DNA of 64,000 nucleotides from contig JAJXVH010000009.1 of NCBI GenBank assembly GCA_021782205.1, positions 3,432 to 67,431 on the forward strand. The letters are read 5' to 3'. The position numbers and the translations under genes are program-made. The DNA comes from a bacterium. Its GTDB lineage: Bacteria; Elusimicrobiota; Elusimicrobia; UBA1565; UBA9628. Below are positions 35,018 to 44,900 of this stretch, piece by piece. Numbering within the stretch: the stretch's first letter is position 1; the number at the start of each line of letters is the position of its first letter. The notes under the pieces were generated by a model. It was not told the DNA's origin, ran no database searches, and saw only the letters and a program-made list of their open reading frames with translations.

Positions 35018-36472
35018 ATGACCAATAAATTCTTGGAGCGCAACAAGAGAAAGAGCCTGCTGGCGGCTCTGCTGTTGTTCCTGCGCGAGCGCAAGATGCT
35101 GGCTCTTCTGCTCCTTCTGGTGATCGGAGCGTCGACCATCTTCGTCTCGCCGTCCACGTATTGGGGCGACATTCCTGGCGGCTCGCACATGGAAGCCGGC
35201 ATCGCGTGGCTGGCCTCGCGCCTGGGCGTGGACGTACGGCGCTGGGGCTTGATGTCGGGCAACGCCCGCTTCGGCGACCTGCTGGCGGCGTTCCAGTCGG
35301 CGCGCACGGGCGGCAAGCGCGCGGGCTGGGGGCCGTTTTTCACCGCTTCCAGCGATGATGCAAAGTCGGGCTATGGCGCCGGTTCGTTGGCCTACGTCAA
35401 AGGCAGTCGCGCCGATCTGGGCGAGGGAGACACCCGCTCCGGTAACGGTAGCGGCGCGGGCGGTCCGGGTGCGTTCCAGGGGATCGTCGATCCGGCGCAA
35501 GCCGCGAAGGACGGTGACGCTTTGACTTTAGGGCCGGGAGATGTCGGCGGTCAGCGCGAGGGCTTCGTCAAAGCCGCGTTCGCGGGCGGATTCTTCAGCG
35601 GCCTGATGGGCGGCGCGGGGGGAACCGGTGCCGATGCGTTGTCCGGCGGCGCATACGCGGGACGCGGTTTCTTCAGCGGTTCGGTCGGAGCGGTCTCTGG
35701 CAACGCGGCGCAGGCGGGCTTGGCGAATATGCCGACGGTCGCGAACCCCGGCGCGGCCGCCAGCGGCATGGGCGGACGGATCTCTGGACGATTTGCGCGG
35801 GAGTTGCAGGCGCATGAGTCTCAGGGCATGGCGGGGGCCGCCTCATTGGGTGCGGGCCGCGCCTATACGCAATTGGCGCAGGGCAACGCCCAGGCGCAGA
35901 TTTCCGTCACGCCGAACTGCGGCGCCGGTTGCCCGAGCGAGTTCGCCGCGACCAACACCGGCGCGATTTACGACGGGAACACGGTCAACAATCCTGCGAC
36001 CAACGGCCTGGTCACGGGTACGCCGATGGATCCGGGCGGCTCACCGAACCTGCCGAGCTCCGGCTTGGCTCAGACCTATCTGAACAACGCTCAGCAGATG
36101 GGCCAGGACGCGCAAACCTGCCAGGCGCTTGATTCGCAATACGGCCCGCAGGAGGACGCGCTCAACACTCAGATGCAGGACCAGTCTCAGCAGTTCGCCG
36201 CGGCCAGCTGCGGCAGCGGAGGCTGCAGCCAGAGCAAGCTCAATTACTGCAATGGGCTGGCCAGCCAGATGCGCAGCACGTGCCGGCAGTATATGTCCGT
36301 GCGCTGCCAGCACACGCGCGCCTGCCCGTTGACCGCCGCGGACTCGGCGACCACCTGCAACGACGAGTGCAACCAGATCGGCAACGGCATCACCGCCCAG
36401 CAGGTGAACGTGTCTCAAGACCAGAGCGGCAACGCCGACGGTCAGGGAGTGCAGAGCGCCCCGTCGCATTAG
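35018..36472 (+). CDS. Gly-rich membrane-anchored protein, paralog P5, with a Cys-rich C-terminal module
   Basis: N-terminal TM LALLLLLVIGASTIFV, then a Gly-rich region. RAYTQLAQGNAQ motif. About 10 Cys fall in the last roughly 110 aa (CQALD...CGSGGCSQSKLNYC...STCRQYMSVRCQHTRACP...TTCNDECNQ). Confidence 0.6.
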   Translation: MTNKFLERNKRKSLLAALLLFLRERKMLALLLLLVIGASTIFVSPSTYWGDIPGGSHMEAGIAWLASRLGVDVRRWGLMSGNARFGDLLAAFQSARTGGKRAGWGPFFTASSDDAKSGYGAGSLAYVKGSRADLGEGDTRSGNGSGAGGPGAFQGIVDPAQAAKDGDALTLGPGDVGGQREGFVKAAFAGGFFSGLMGGAGGTGADALSGGAYAGRGFFSGSVGAVSGNAAQAGLANMPTVANPGAAASGMGGRISGRFARELQAHESQGMAGAASLGAGRAYTQLAQGNAQAQISVTPNCGAGCPSEFAATNTGAIYDGNTVNNPATNGLVTGTPMDPGGSPNLPSSGLAQTYLNNAQQMGQDAQTCQALDSQYGPQEDALNTQMQDQSQQFAAASCGSGGCSQSKLNYCNGLASQMRSTCRQYMSVRCQHTRACPLTAADSATTCNDECNQIGNGITAQQVNVSQDQSGNADGQGVQSAPSH

Positions 36473-36496
36473 TGCTTTAATTCAGGAGAAACCCCC

Positions 36497-39121
36497 ATGG
36501 ACCAGCCCAAGATCCCGACTCTCAAGGACTCCCAAAAGCCGCAGGTGAAGGTGCGCGGCCTGGGCGCGGGACTTTCTTTCTTCGACCGGATCAAGCAGTT
36601 CAACAAGAAGGACCTGGCCTTCATCCTGGCGGGCCTGGGCACCTTGTTCATGGCCCCGCTGGCCGAGCACTTCATGATGAGCCCGGACAACGGCGACGCA
36701 AGCTTAAGCCCCGGCTTCGGCAGCGGCAAGGGCGCCGGCCCCGGCATCTTCGGCGCGGAGGACCGCACCAGCGACGGCTCCGGCACCGCGGTGGGCAGCC
36801 CCGTGGGCGGCTCCGACGTGATCACTCCGCTGAACGTGCGCGACCCTTCCTCCCTGATCATGGGCCCCGGCTCGTCTTCCCAGCCGCCCACCAATTCCTC
36901 GGCCTCGGTCGCACCGTCGGTGAGCGCGCCGGGTCGCTCCGACCAGGACGTGCGCGACGCCTTGGCCGGCGCCGCCTCCCACGCGGCCAGCGCCGCCGTC
37001 AAGAAATCCCTATTGCCGGTTCCCAAGATCGGCCTGTCGGGCTCAAGCCTGCGCGGCCTGGGTGTCGCCACCGGCAACTCCAGCGCGACCGCCGGAGGCG
37101 GGCCGTCCATGCAGGGCCTGGGTCTGGGCAGCCACGGCAACGTGGCCAACAACATGGCCGGCGTCAAGGGCGGAGGCAACATCGCCAGCGTGGGCCCGCG
37201 CGGCCTGACCACTGGTGCCGACGCGCTCACCGCGCTGAAGGCCGCCGGAGACAAGGCCGGAGGCATGTTCGACCGCGCCGCCGGCTCGGCCCAAGGCAAC
37301 CTGAATGCGGCCGCCAATGAAGCCATTCCGTCCGGCGGCGGCCCCTCGGCCGGCGGCGGCTCCGGCCCGGGCGGCGGCGGTCCCGGCGACAAGCCCGGAA
37401 ACGGCGGCGGCCCCAAGGATTCCAAAAGCGGCGGCGAGTCCCTGGCCTACGAGCTGATGAAGCAGAACCTCCAGAAGCAGTTGGAACTGTACTGGAAAGA
37501 GCAGGAGGCGATGGATCCCACGCTTGAGCTCTACAAGATGCGCAACTCCATGGCGGAGGCGGTGGCGGGGCAGATAGGTACGACGATCGGCAACTTTGCT
37601 GGTGGAGCATTGACGGGCGTGCTTTGTAAATCGGGATTATTTGGGGGATCGGTCGCGGCATGCTTCGGACTTCAATCGACTTTCAGTTGCATCCCCATAG
37701 GTACGAATGGTCAAAACTTACCTAACGCACAGCCCATTCAGGTTGCAAATTATGGAGGGACACAGGTGGGTGGTGCGTGCGGGATGAATCAATCGACGAC
37801 AGGGGTAGGCACGCCTGGCGCAGCGACTTCGACCACTTACGCGGTCCTTGCGTTTGCGAATGATGGAAATTCGAATCATTATTTTTATTGCCAAACGTCT
37901 CCTCCCGAATTGGTCAACTGCACGGGGGCTTCGCCGGCCAACCCAACTGCACCCGGTTCGGGAACGCCCCCCCCTGCCGTCGGCCAGTTGGACGGCGGTA
38001 TCAGTGGTGCCGTGGGCGGAACGAACGCCGGTGGGTTATCTGGGATTGCGACGCAATGCAACACCATCCCGCAACTCCTGAGCACCCAGTCTTCAGGAGG
38101 CACGGTCTCCGCGCTCAGCAGCGGCCCGGCGGCGACGTGGCTAAAGGGCGCCCAGGTACAGATGCATTCTTTGGCGACGGCGCGCATGGAGTTGACGGGT
38201 GCAAGCGACGGGGCCTGCGGCGTTCAGATCGGCGATAACGTGCCGAACTTGAGGTCGATGGCTATTCACAATATTCAATCGGCGATGCAGGCCCTGACGA
38301 TCGTCGGTAGCGCGTCTCCTCTCAATCAAACCATCGCTGACGGAGGAAGCGCGCTGGGCTTGGCCGCGGGACAGGTGGCCCAAGCGCGGCAATCGTTCGA
38401 TCTGGCGAGCTCAAAAATAGCGGATGCGCTTAGGCAGGCCAGCGGCATGAATCTAAACGCGTATTCGGGGTCGGATTGCGGCCAGAATTGCAGCGGCGTT
38501 TATAGCGGCGCGACCGCCGGGCAGGCGTCCATCAACAGTGCCGCTCAAACGATGCAGCAGGCTCAGACCCAGCTCGGAGCGTTGCTCTCCCAGGCGGAGG
38601 ATGCGGTTAAATCTCAGGCGGGCGGGGGCCAGCCTGCTGCGAATGACCCGACTGCCCCGACGGATCCGACGGTGAAAAAAGTTCAGGGCACTAACACTCT
38701 CGCGGATAACCTTAACAAGGCGATTCAGGCCTACAACAATGAGACCCCCGCGCCCGCGACGCCGCTGACTCCGCCGCAGTTGACGCCTGCGGGCGGTCAG
38801 GGTGGAAGCGCTGCCGCGGCCGGCGCGGCGCCGGCTTCTCAGACACAGGCCGTCGATACTCAGGTCGCCGCGGCAAACAACGCGATCTCGTCGGCGTGTG
38901 GCGCGATGGGTTGGACTCCGAATTGTGGTCGAAAGTTGACGTCCACGGATCCTCAGCCGGCTCCGTTGGCATCAGGCACGACTCCGCAGAACGTGATCGA
39001 CCAGTCGGCTAAGCCCATCAACGGCGCGCGCAACACGCAGTGGGGGGCTCTGAACGCGATCAATACGGCGACCTCGGCCCTTATCCCGGCACAGGCACCC
39101 GCGGCGGCGGCGTCGCACTAG
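36497..39121 (+). CDS. Large Gly/Ser-rich membrane-anchored protein, paralog P6
   Basis: AGGAGA RBS. N-terminus FFDRIKQFNKKDLAFILAGLGTLFMAPLAEHFMM, Gly-rich region GGGPSAGGGSGPGGGGPGDKPGNGGGPKD, and an AT-richer Cys-containing central module. Confidence 0.6.
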   Translation: MDQPKIPTLKDSQKPQVKVRGLGAGLSFFDRIKQFNKKDLAFILAGLGTLFMAPLAEHFMMSPDNGDASLSPGFGSGKGAGPGIFGAEDRTSDGSGTAVGSPVGGSDVITPLNVRDPSSLIMGPGSSSQPPTNSSASVAPSVSAPGRSDQDVRDALAGAASHAASAAVKKSLLPVPKIGLSGSSLRGLGVATGNSSATAGGGPSMQGLGLGSHGNVANNMAGVKGGGNIASVGPRGLTTGADALTALKAAGDKAGGMFDRAAGSAQGNLNAAANEAIPSGGGPSAGGGSGPGGGGPGDKPGNGGGPKDSKSGGESLAYELMKQNLQKQLELYWKEQEAMDPTLELYKMRNSMAEAVAGQIGTTIGNFAGGALTGVLCKSGLFGGSVAACFGLQSTFSCIPIGTNGQNLPNAQPIQVANYGGTQVGGACGMNQSTTGVGTPGAATSTTYAVLAFANDGNSNHYFYCQTSPPELVNCTGASPANPTAPGSGTPPPAVGQLDGGISGAVGGTNAGGLSGIATQCNTIPQLLSTQSSGGTVSALSSGPAATWLKGAQVQMHSLATARMELTGASDGACGVQIGDNVPNLRSMAIHNIQSAMQALTIVGSASPLNQTIADGGSALGLAAGQVAQARQSFDLASSKIADALRQASGMNLNAYSGSDCGQNCSGVYSGATAGQASINSAAQTMQQAQTQLGALLSQAEDAVKSQAGGGQPAANDPTAPTDPTVKKVQGTNTLADNLNKAIQAYNNETPAPATPLTPPQLTPAGGQGGSAAAAGAAPASQTQAVDTQVAAANNAISSACGAMGWTPNCGRKLTSTDPQPAPLASGTTPQNVIDQSAKPINGARNTQWGALNAINTATSALIPAQAPAAAASH

Positions 39122-39192
39122 GACTTTAGACCCAGGCGCGATGGAGGACGAAGAGCTATATTGACGCACAGGAAGCAGTTCTGGAGAACGCC

Positions 39193-41868
39193 ATGAAACC
39201 CCGTAGTCCCGTCATGGTGGCGGCGTGGGCGGCGGTCTGGGCGGCGTGCTTGACGCCGGGACCGGCATTCGCCGACGCGGCCGCGACGAATGTACCGACG
39301 CCGGCGTCGAAGCCGGTCGCTTCCGCCAAGAGGGCGGACGCGCCGCATGCGCTCGAGGTCCTGATCAAGAAGGGCGGTCAGGCCCAGAAGGACGTGGAGG
39401 CGGCCGTTCAGGCCCTGGTGCTGGACCCGGATAAAAAATACGCGGCCGACGACGTGCGCGCCAGCGCGGACGATGCCAAGTTGATCTCGGCCGTGGTGGA
39501 CAAATGGGTGGGAGCGGCGCCCTTGCACGCCGCGACGCTCTACTTCGTGCTGGCTTCCAAGGATCCGGCGCCGGACTGGGTCAAGAGCGACCCGACGGCG
39601 TCCAAGCTGTTCGCGCCGAGCCAATACGATCTGCCGGCGTGCCTGGCGGATCGCCTGACGACGGCGCCGAAGTCCCAGGTGGGGCTTATTCAGCAGGCGA
39701 GCTTGGCGACGTCGCTGGGTAATTTCCTGATCGCGGCGGGAACGGATGCGCAGAAGGTCCTGCTGGATTGCGGGCACAAGCGACAAATCGAAAACAGCAT
39801 CGCCGCCCACGATCAAGGGACCGTCCCGGCGCCGATGTCTCCCGGATACGACAGCGCCAACGGGGGCGGCAACGTCCTGCAGAACGCTCCGGCCAGTAGC
39901 TTCCAGAACCTCTACGTGGACGGCGCCGTCGTGGCCAACGTCTACCGCGACAAGCAGGACGGCTACCGCAAGCTGTCGATCAAAGAGTACACCGTCAAAG
40001 GGCCGGATGGGGCGCTGACCAGTCAGATCGGCGTGGTGGACATCACCGACCCGGCGCACATCTACGCGCCGGCCTTCGTGCCGATCGGCACCGGAAAGAC
40101 CACGATTTCCGTCTACGGCGGCCATGACGGCGGCGCGCCCATCACGCGCAATTATGAATTGACCGTGGGGCCCGACGGGACCATCACTTTGGCCCGCCCG
40201 AAGACCCAGGACGGTCAAGGCGGCGTGGCCAAGTTCTCGCCCGGCGAGTTGGCGACGCTGCGCGCCAATCAGGTGGCCGCGCAGGGCGGCCAGGTCAGCA
40301 TCGACGGCAAGAACTATTATGTTCTGGGCCAGGGGGGTGCGACGGGCTCCTATCTGTTCTTCGACAAGAGCATGATCGACGCCCGCGGCAACGGCGGCAA
40401 TCCGCTCCTGCTGCGTCCGGCCGCCGTCGCCGACGGCGTGGAGACCGTCGACGCGGACGGGATGTCCGTGCCCGCGTCGGGCAAGAAGCCGGACATGGGC
40501 ACGTTCTACAATCCGGCGACGGGCGCGCAGGACCCCTATCATCTGCAATTCAACCAAGCCAGCGGCCAGTGGGAGGTCAAGCCCGGACCCGGCGACCCGC
40601 CTCCAGCGCCGCCCGGCAGCAGTACCGACACGGCCCACGTGAGCGCGGCCGCCGCTGCCGGCGCGAATACGAGTACAACCGGCGGGGCCGGGGGCGCGGG
40701 CGGTCCCGCGGCGGCGGCCAGCCCCTGCGGCGCGGCGGCGTGCGGCGACTTCAAGGACGCCTACACGGGCCGCGACGGGAACGCCGATCTAGACCAGGTG
40801 GATTTGGCGAAGGTTCACATCATGAAGGACAAGAACCAGGCGAACACGTTCTACCTGGTGTTCGCCAAGGGCCTGGTCCAGGCGCACGGCCAGGCTCCGG
40901 CGGACTCGCCATTGGTGTTCGGGCCCAGCGTGCTGCCGGGCTTGATCGGGGCGCGCGGCTTGGACGATCAGATCGTTTTCGAACAGAAAAAGGGCCAGGA
41001 TTTGACCGTGTCCTACTATCCCATCAGTGCGATCCTGGCGCAATACAACGAGGGCAAGACCTTCAACCCCGCTCTATACGATACCGGCAACAACGTGATT
41101 TCCGGCGCTCCCGCCATCGATGTCGCCCTCGACGTCGTCGTGACCTACTCCCAGGGCATCACCGACGCCTCGGGCAAGCCGGTGGATTACAAGACGGCGG
41201 CCGAGGCCATCGTTGCGAATTTCAAGAAGATAGAGGCCAAGCTCGGGGACGGCGGATATATGGTCAGCGGTTCGTTGGACGGCAAGCAGACGGGAAATAA
41301 TACGTTGCGCGTGATGCCCGACGACAAGAGCCTGCCTTACTTCGAGATATGGCCTGAGGCCAAGACGGTCGCCCGCGACGCGACGTCGAGCGGCACCGGC
41401 ACGGGCACCGCGTTCCAGATGGCGGACGTCTCTACGCTGTCCGGCGACCACTCTTTCGCGCCGGGCTTCAAGCTGGCCGACGACGCGAAGAATCCGAACG
41501 CGGCCCTGTACGTGGACGACGGCGGCGACTGGTCCGTCGTCCTGCGCATGAACCGGGCCGAAGGCGGAAAGACCTATCCGGTGCGCTCGGCGAACATCCC
41601 GCTTCAGGGCGGTATCGCGCAATGGATGAAGGCCGGAGGCGTGAAGCTTCAGGGCCTGCAAGGCGTGGGTCCGGTGTCCATCAACAACTCGAAGATCGTG
41701 TTCTTCGGCGACGATACGAAGGGCGCCTACGTGGTCTACCGCGACGCCGTGCCTTCGCCCGACAACAGCAACATTCAAAACGCGAAGGCCAACTGCGCGG
41801 GCCCCGTCATCTGGCGCGGCATGAGCAAGGCCCAAGCGCAGGCCGTCTGCGTCCAGGGACATCTCTAG
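39193..41868 (+). CDS. Secreted 891-aa protein, unknown function
   Basis: Signal peptide MKPRSPVMVAAWAAVWAACLTPGPAFADAAA. Consistent coding frame; I recognise no family motif. Confidence 0.6.
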   Translation: MKPRSPVMVAAWAAVWAACLTPGPAFADAAATNVPTPASKPVASAKRADAPHALEVLIKKGGQAQKDVEAAVQALVLDPDKKYAADDVRASADDAKLISAVVDKWVGAAPLHAATLYFVLASKDPAPDWVKSDPTASKLFAPSQYDLPACLADRLTTAPKSQVGLIQQASLATSLGNFLIAAGTDAQKVLLDCGHKRQIENSIAAHDQGTVPAPMSPGYDSANGGGNVLQNAPASSFQNLYVDGAVVANVYRDKQDGYRKLSIKEYTVKGPDGALTSQIGVVDITDPAHIYAPAFVPIGTGKTTISVYGGHDGGAPITRNYELTVGPDGTITLARPKTQDGQGGVAKFSPGELATLRANQVAAQGGQVSIDGKNYYVLGQGGATGSYLFFDKSMIDARGNGGNPLLLRPAAVADGVETVDADGMSVPASGKKPDMGTFYNPATGAQDPYHLQFNQASGQWEVKPGPGDPPPAPPGSSTDTAHVSAAAAAGANTSTTGGAGGAGGPAAAASPCGAAACGDFKDAYTGRDGNADLDQVDLAKVHIMKDKNQANTFYLVFAKGLVQAHGQAPADSPLVFGPSVLPGLIGARGLDDQIVFEQKKGQDLTVSYYPISAILAQYNEGKTFNPALYDTGNNVISGAPAIDVALDVVVTYSQGITDASGKPVDYKTAAEAIVANFKKIEAKLGDGGYMVSGSLDGKQTGNNTLRVMPDDKSLPYFEIWPEAKTVARDATSSGTGTGTAFQMADVSTLSGDHSFAPGFKLADDAKNPNAALYVDDGGDWSVVLRMNRAEGGKTYPVRSANIPLQGGIAQWMKAGGVKLQGLQGVGPVSINNSKIVFFGDDTKGAYVVYRDAVPSPDNSNIQNAKANCAGPVIWRGMSKAQAQAVCVQGHL

Positions 41869-41916
41869 GCGCGGCCGGCAGGTCTGAAGGCCTAGAAAGA
41901 CGAAGCCCTTTGGGCC

Positions 41917-41945
41917 CTGACAGGGCGGGCCTCCTCTGCTACACT
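41917..41945 (+). promoter_or_regulatory. Sigma70-like promoter: CTGACA, N17, TACACT
   Basis: Same -10 hexamer and spacing as the other TACACT promoters. ATG 41971 is downstream. Confidence 0.45.
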
Positions 41946-41970
41946 GAGCGGGTCCGATGGCCCCTCTCCC

Positions 41971-44900
41971 ATGAATAGGCTCGCGCGTCGTCTGTTGGCC
42001 GTCTCGGTCGCGGCGGCGTTGGCGTCCGGCTCCTGGCCGGCCGCCGCGTTTGCCGACACGACGAGTTCGGTCAGTCCGGCGCAGGCGCTGGCGCAGATGA
42101 AAGCCTGGGGCGTCTACCAAGGCGACGGCGACGTGCTCAAGAGCTATTTAGGCGACAGCCATAAACTGACGCCCATCGGCCAGGCGATTTACGACGCCTT
42201 GTCGCCGCGCGACAATCCCGTCGACGCCGCCGCGGCACTCCAGCCCACGCTTCAGACTTTGCGCGGCAACGGACCCTACACGCCGACCAGCGCCAAGGCG
42301 GCGGCCAAGCTCATCGGCACGGTCCAGCAGCAGATCGCGGGCCTGCCCGCGCCCGCCGACCCCGCCGCGGCGTCCGCGGAAGACGAGTTCCGCCGCGGCG
42401 CGTTGGCCCAGGCGGCGCTTTCGGGCGCGGCCGTCGTCGATCCGCCCAACGCCGCGTCCATGGTCCGCGTCCAGACTCCCGACGGCACCGAGTTCTACGA
42501 CAAGAAGGGCGATCTGGTCTACGTGATGAACGCCGCGCAGACCACCACCTATAACCGCGCCCTGCAGAAGCAGCAGCACGCCATGAACCAGGCGCCCCAG
42601 GTCGGCGCGCCGTTCGTGCCCGAGACGGGACGCTACAACCGGCAGATGTTCGACTATTCCTACGCGGCCGTCGACAACCAATACAACGCCCTCATGGACG
42701 GCCTGCGCCGCGACCGCATGATCGAGCTGGCCGACCTTCTGGGCAAGACCGGCCAATACCGCGACGACATGTGGTTTACCGACAAGACGCTGGAGGCCGA
42801 CCTGATCGCTCAGGCCAAGAAGAAGACCTATAGCAGCGGTGGAAAGACCTACAGCGTCTACGACATCGTCGAGGCGGATTTCCGCGCGCGCGCGAAATAC
42901 TTGGCCCAGGCGCGCGCCGACATCGACGCCTACAAGCGCGACGTGGCCGCCCTGCTGGGCTCCCTGTCCAAGAACCCGGTCGTCAGCGACGGCGCGGTCA
43001 AGAGCCTGGCGCTCGACGAGCAGGTCGCGCGCGTCGCGCTCACGCGCGCGGTGCTGGAGACCCAGGAATACTATGTCAAGAATCAGGAGAACCGCCTGGA
43101 TCCTTCGTCGCCGGACTCCAAGCAGCTGATGGACGCGCTCGAGAAGCTGAACGTCCCGCTCCAGATGAAGGTTCTCTACAAACAGCGCGGCCGGGACATG
43201 ATCGCCCAGCTTCAGCAGGTGCGCGCGCAGCTGGACCGCGTGCGGCTCTTGCTCGACAAGACCGACCCGTCCGCCAGCTTGGACACCGCCAACGCTCTGC
43301 TGACCGCCAGCCAGACCACGCTCGGCACGATCTCGACCGACTACTCCATCTACGTCGAGGTGCCCACCGTGGCCTCCCTGACCCAGGAGCAGACCGGCGT
43401 GGGCGTCGTCGACAAGGGCATCGCCTGGGCCGCGCACAAACTCGGCGCGCAGGCTCCCGGCATGAATTGGTCGTATTGGCTCTACGGCCGCGTCGACGGC
43501 GGCTATCGCGCGAACATGAACACGCTGGCGGCCGACACGCCCAAGTTCCAAGCCATCATGGGCCAGATCGCCGGCGGGGACATGGCCGGCGCTCGGCGCG
43601 CGGTCATCGCGATGAACCCCGACGCGGCCAGCACCCACTTCTCGGCCGCGCTGTTCGGCGACCAGCCCAAGCGCGTGACCGACGACGTCAAGATCGCGGC
43701 GTCCTTGACCGCCAACCGCGACCGCATCGTGTCCGTGTTCACCACGAACAAGTGGATCGACACCGGGCGCAGCCTGGTGGAGTGGAGCGTCGCCATCGGC
43801 TTGGGCGGCGGTGTGGCGGCCCGCGGCTTGACGGGACTGGCCAAGGGGCTGGACGCGACGGGCCTGACGGTCGCGGGCGAGGACGCGGGTGTGATGCGCC
43901 AGGTGCTGGCCCGGACCTCGATCATCACCCGCGAGGTCGCCCTGCACACGGCGGCGCGCTTGACCACTTTGCAGTCCGAATCGTCCTTGGCCATGACCGG
44001 CCGCATCGAGAACGGGGCCGTGCGCTACCTGGCGGAAAGCGGCGTGCGCACGCTCAACGCCGCGGCCCGTCAGGCGACCTTCACCGCCATGTCCTCGGGC
44101 ATCTCCGGCGGCTTCATGCTGGGCCAGCATCTCTATCAAGACGCGACCGGCGGCCACTCCGTCTACACCAGCGACTTGTCCGGCGCCGCGCAGGCGGTCT
44201 GGACCGGCGCCAAGGGCGGCGCGTGGTGGGCCAACGAGTCCTGGCATCCGATGCTCAACTACGTGGGCGTGCCGTCCTCGGCGTTCGCGGGAACGCGTCT
44301 GGCCGCGGCGATGGACGTTCTCGGCTCTCGCGGCGTGGTGGACACGGCGTGGAGCGGGCTGGGCGGCCTGGCCTCCTGGGTGATGCCCACGGCGGTGAAG
44401 CTGGCGGGTGAGGACTCGGCGTTGGCGGGCGCGATGACCCAGGCTAACTCCGTCCTGTGGCCGGCTGTGGAAGGCGGGGCCGGAAAAGGACTGATCGACC
44501 GACTGGCCGAGCAGGGCGTGGCCGGCAAGATCGCGGCGTTCCCGCTCAGCATGGCCGACAACGTGGCCAAATACGCCTTGGTCAGCGATGCCGCCAGCGG
44601 CATCGGCCACTGGGTCGCCTACAACGCGCCCTCGGTCAGCCTTCCGGGCGTCGGCCAAGTGACGTGGGGAAGCTCCGCCGACGTGGAAACGCGCATCAAG
44701 GGCGCCAATCAGACCGGACAGGAGCTGATGAACGCGCCCATCTGGCTGGCCCTGCCGACCTTCTCCGCGCACGCGGCGCTTGAGGCCGCGCCCTTCATGG
44801 GAGGCGCCGAAGGCATGCGCCAATACGACGCGGCCGGCCGCACACACGAGTACGCCAACGCCGAATCGGGGCAGGAACTGCCGTTTCTTGAGACGCCCAA

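Noticed and set aside
39161-39189. TTGACG at 39161 as a promoter for the 891-aa gene
   Set aside because: No acceptable -10 hexamer at 16-19 nt spacing (GAGAAC). The gene has a GGAG RBS and is more likely co-transcribed with P6.
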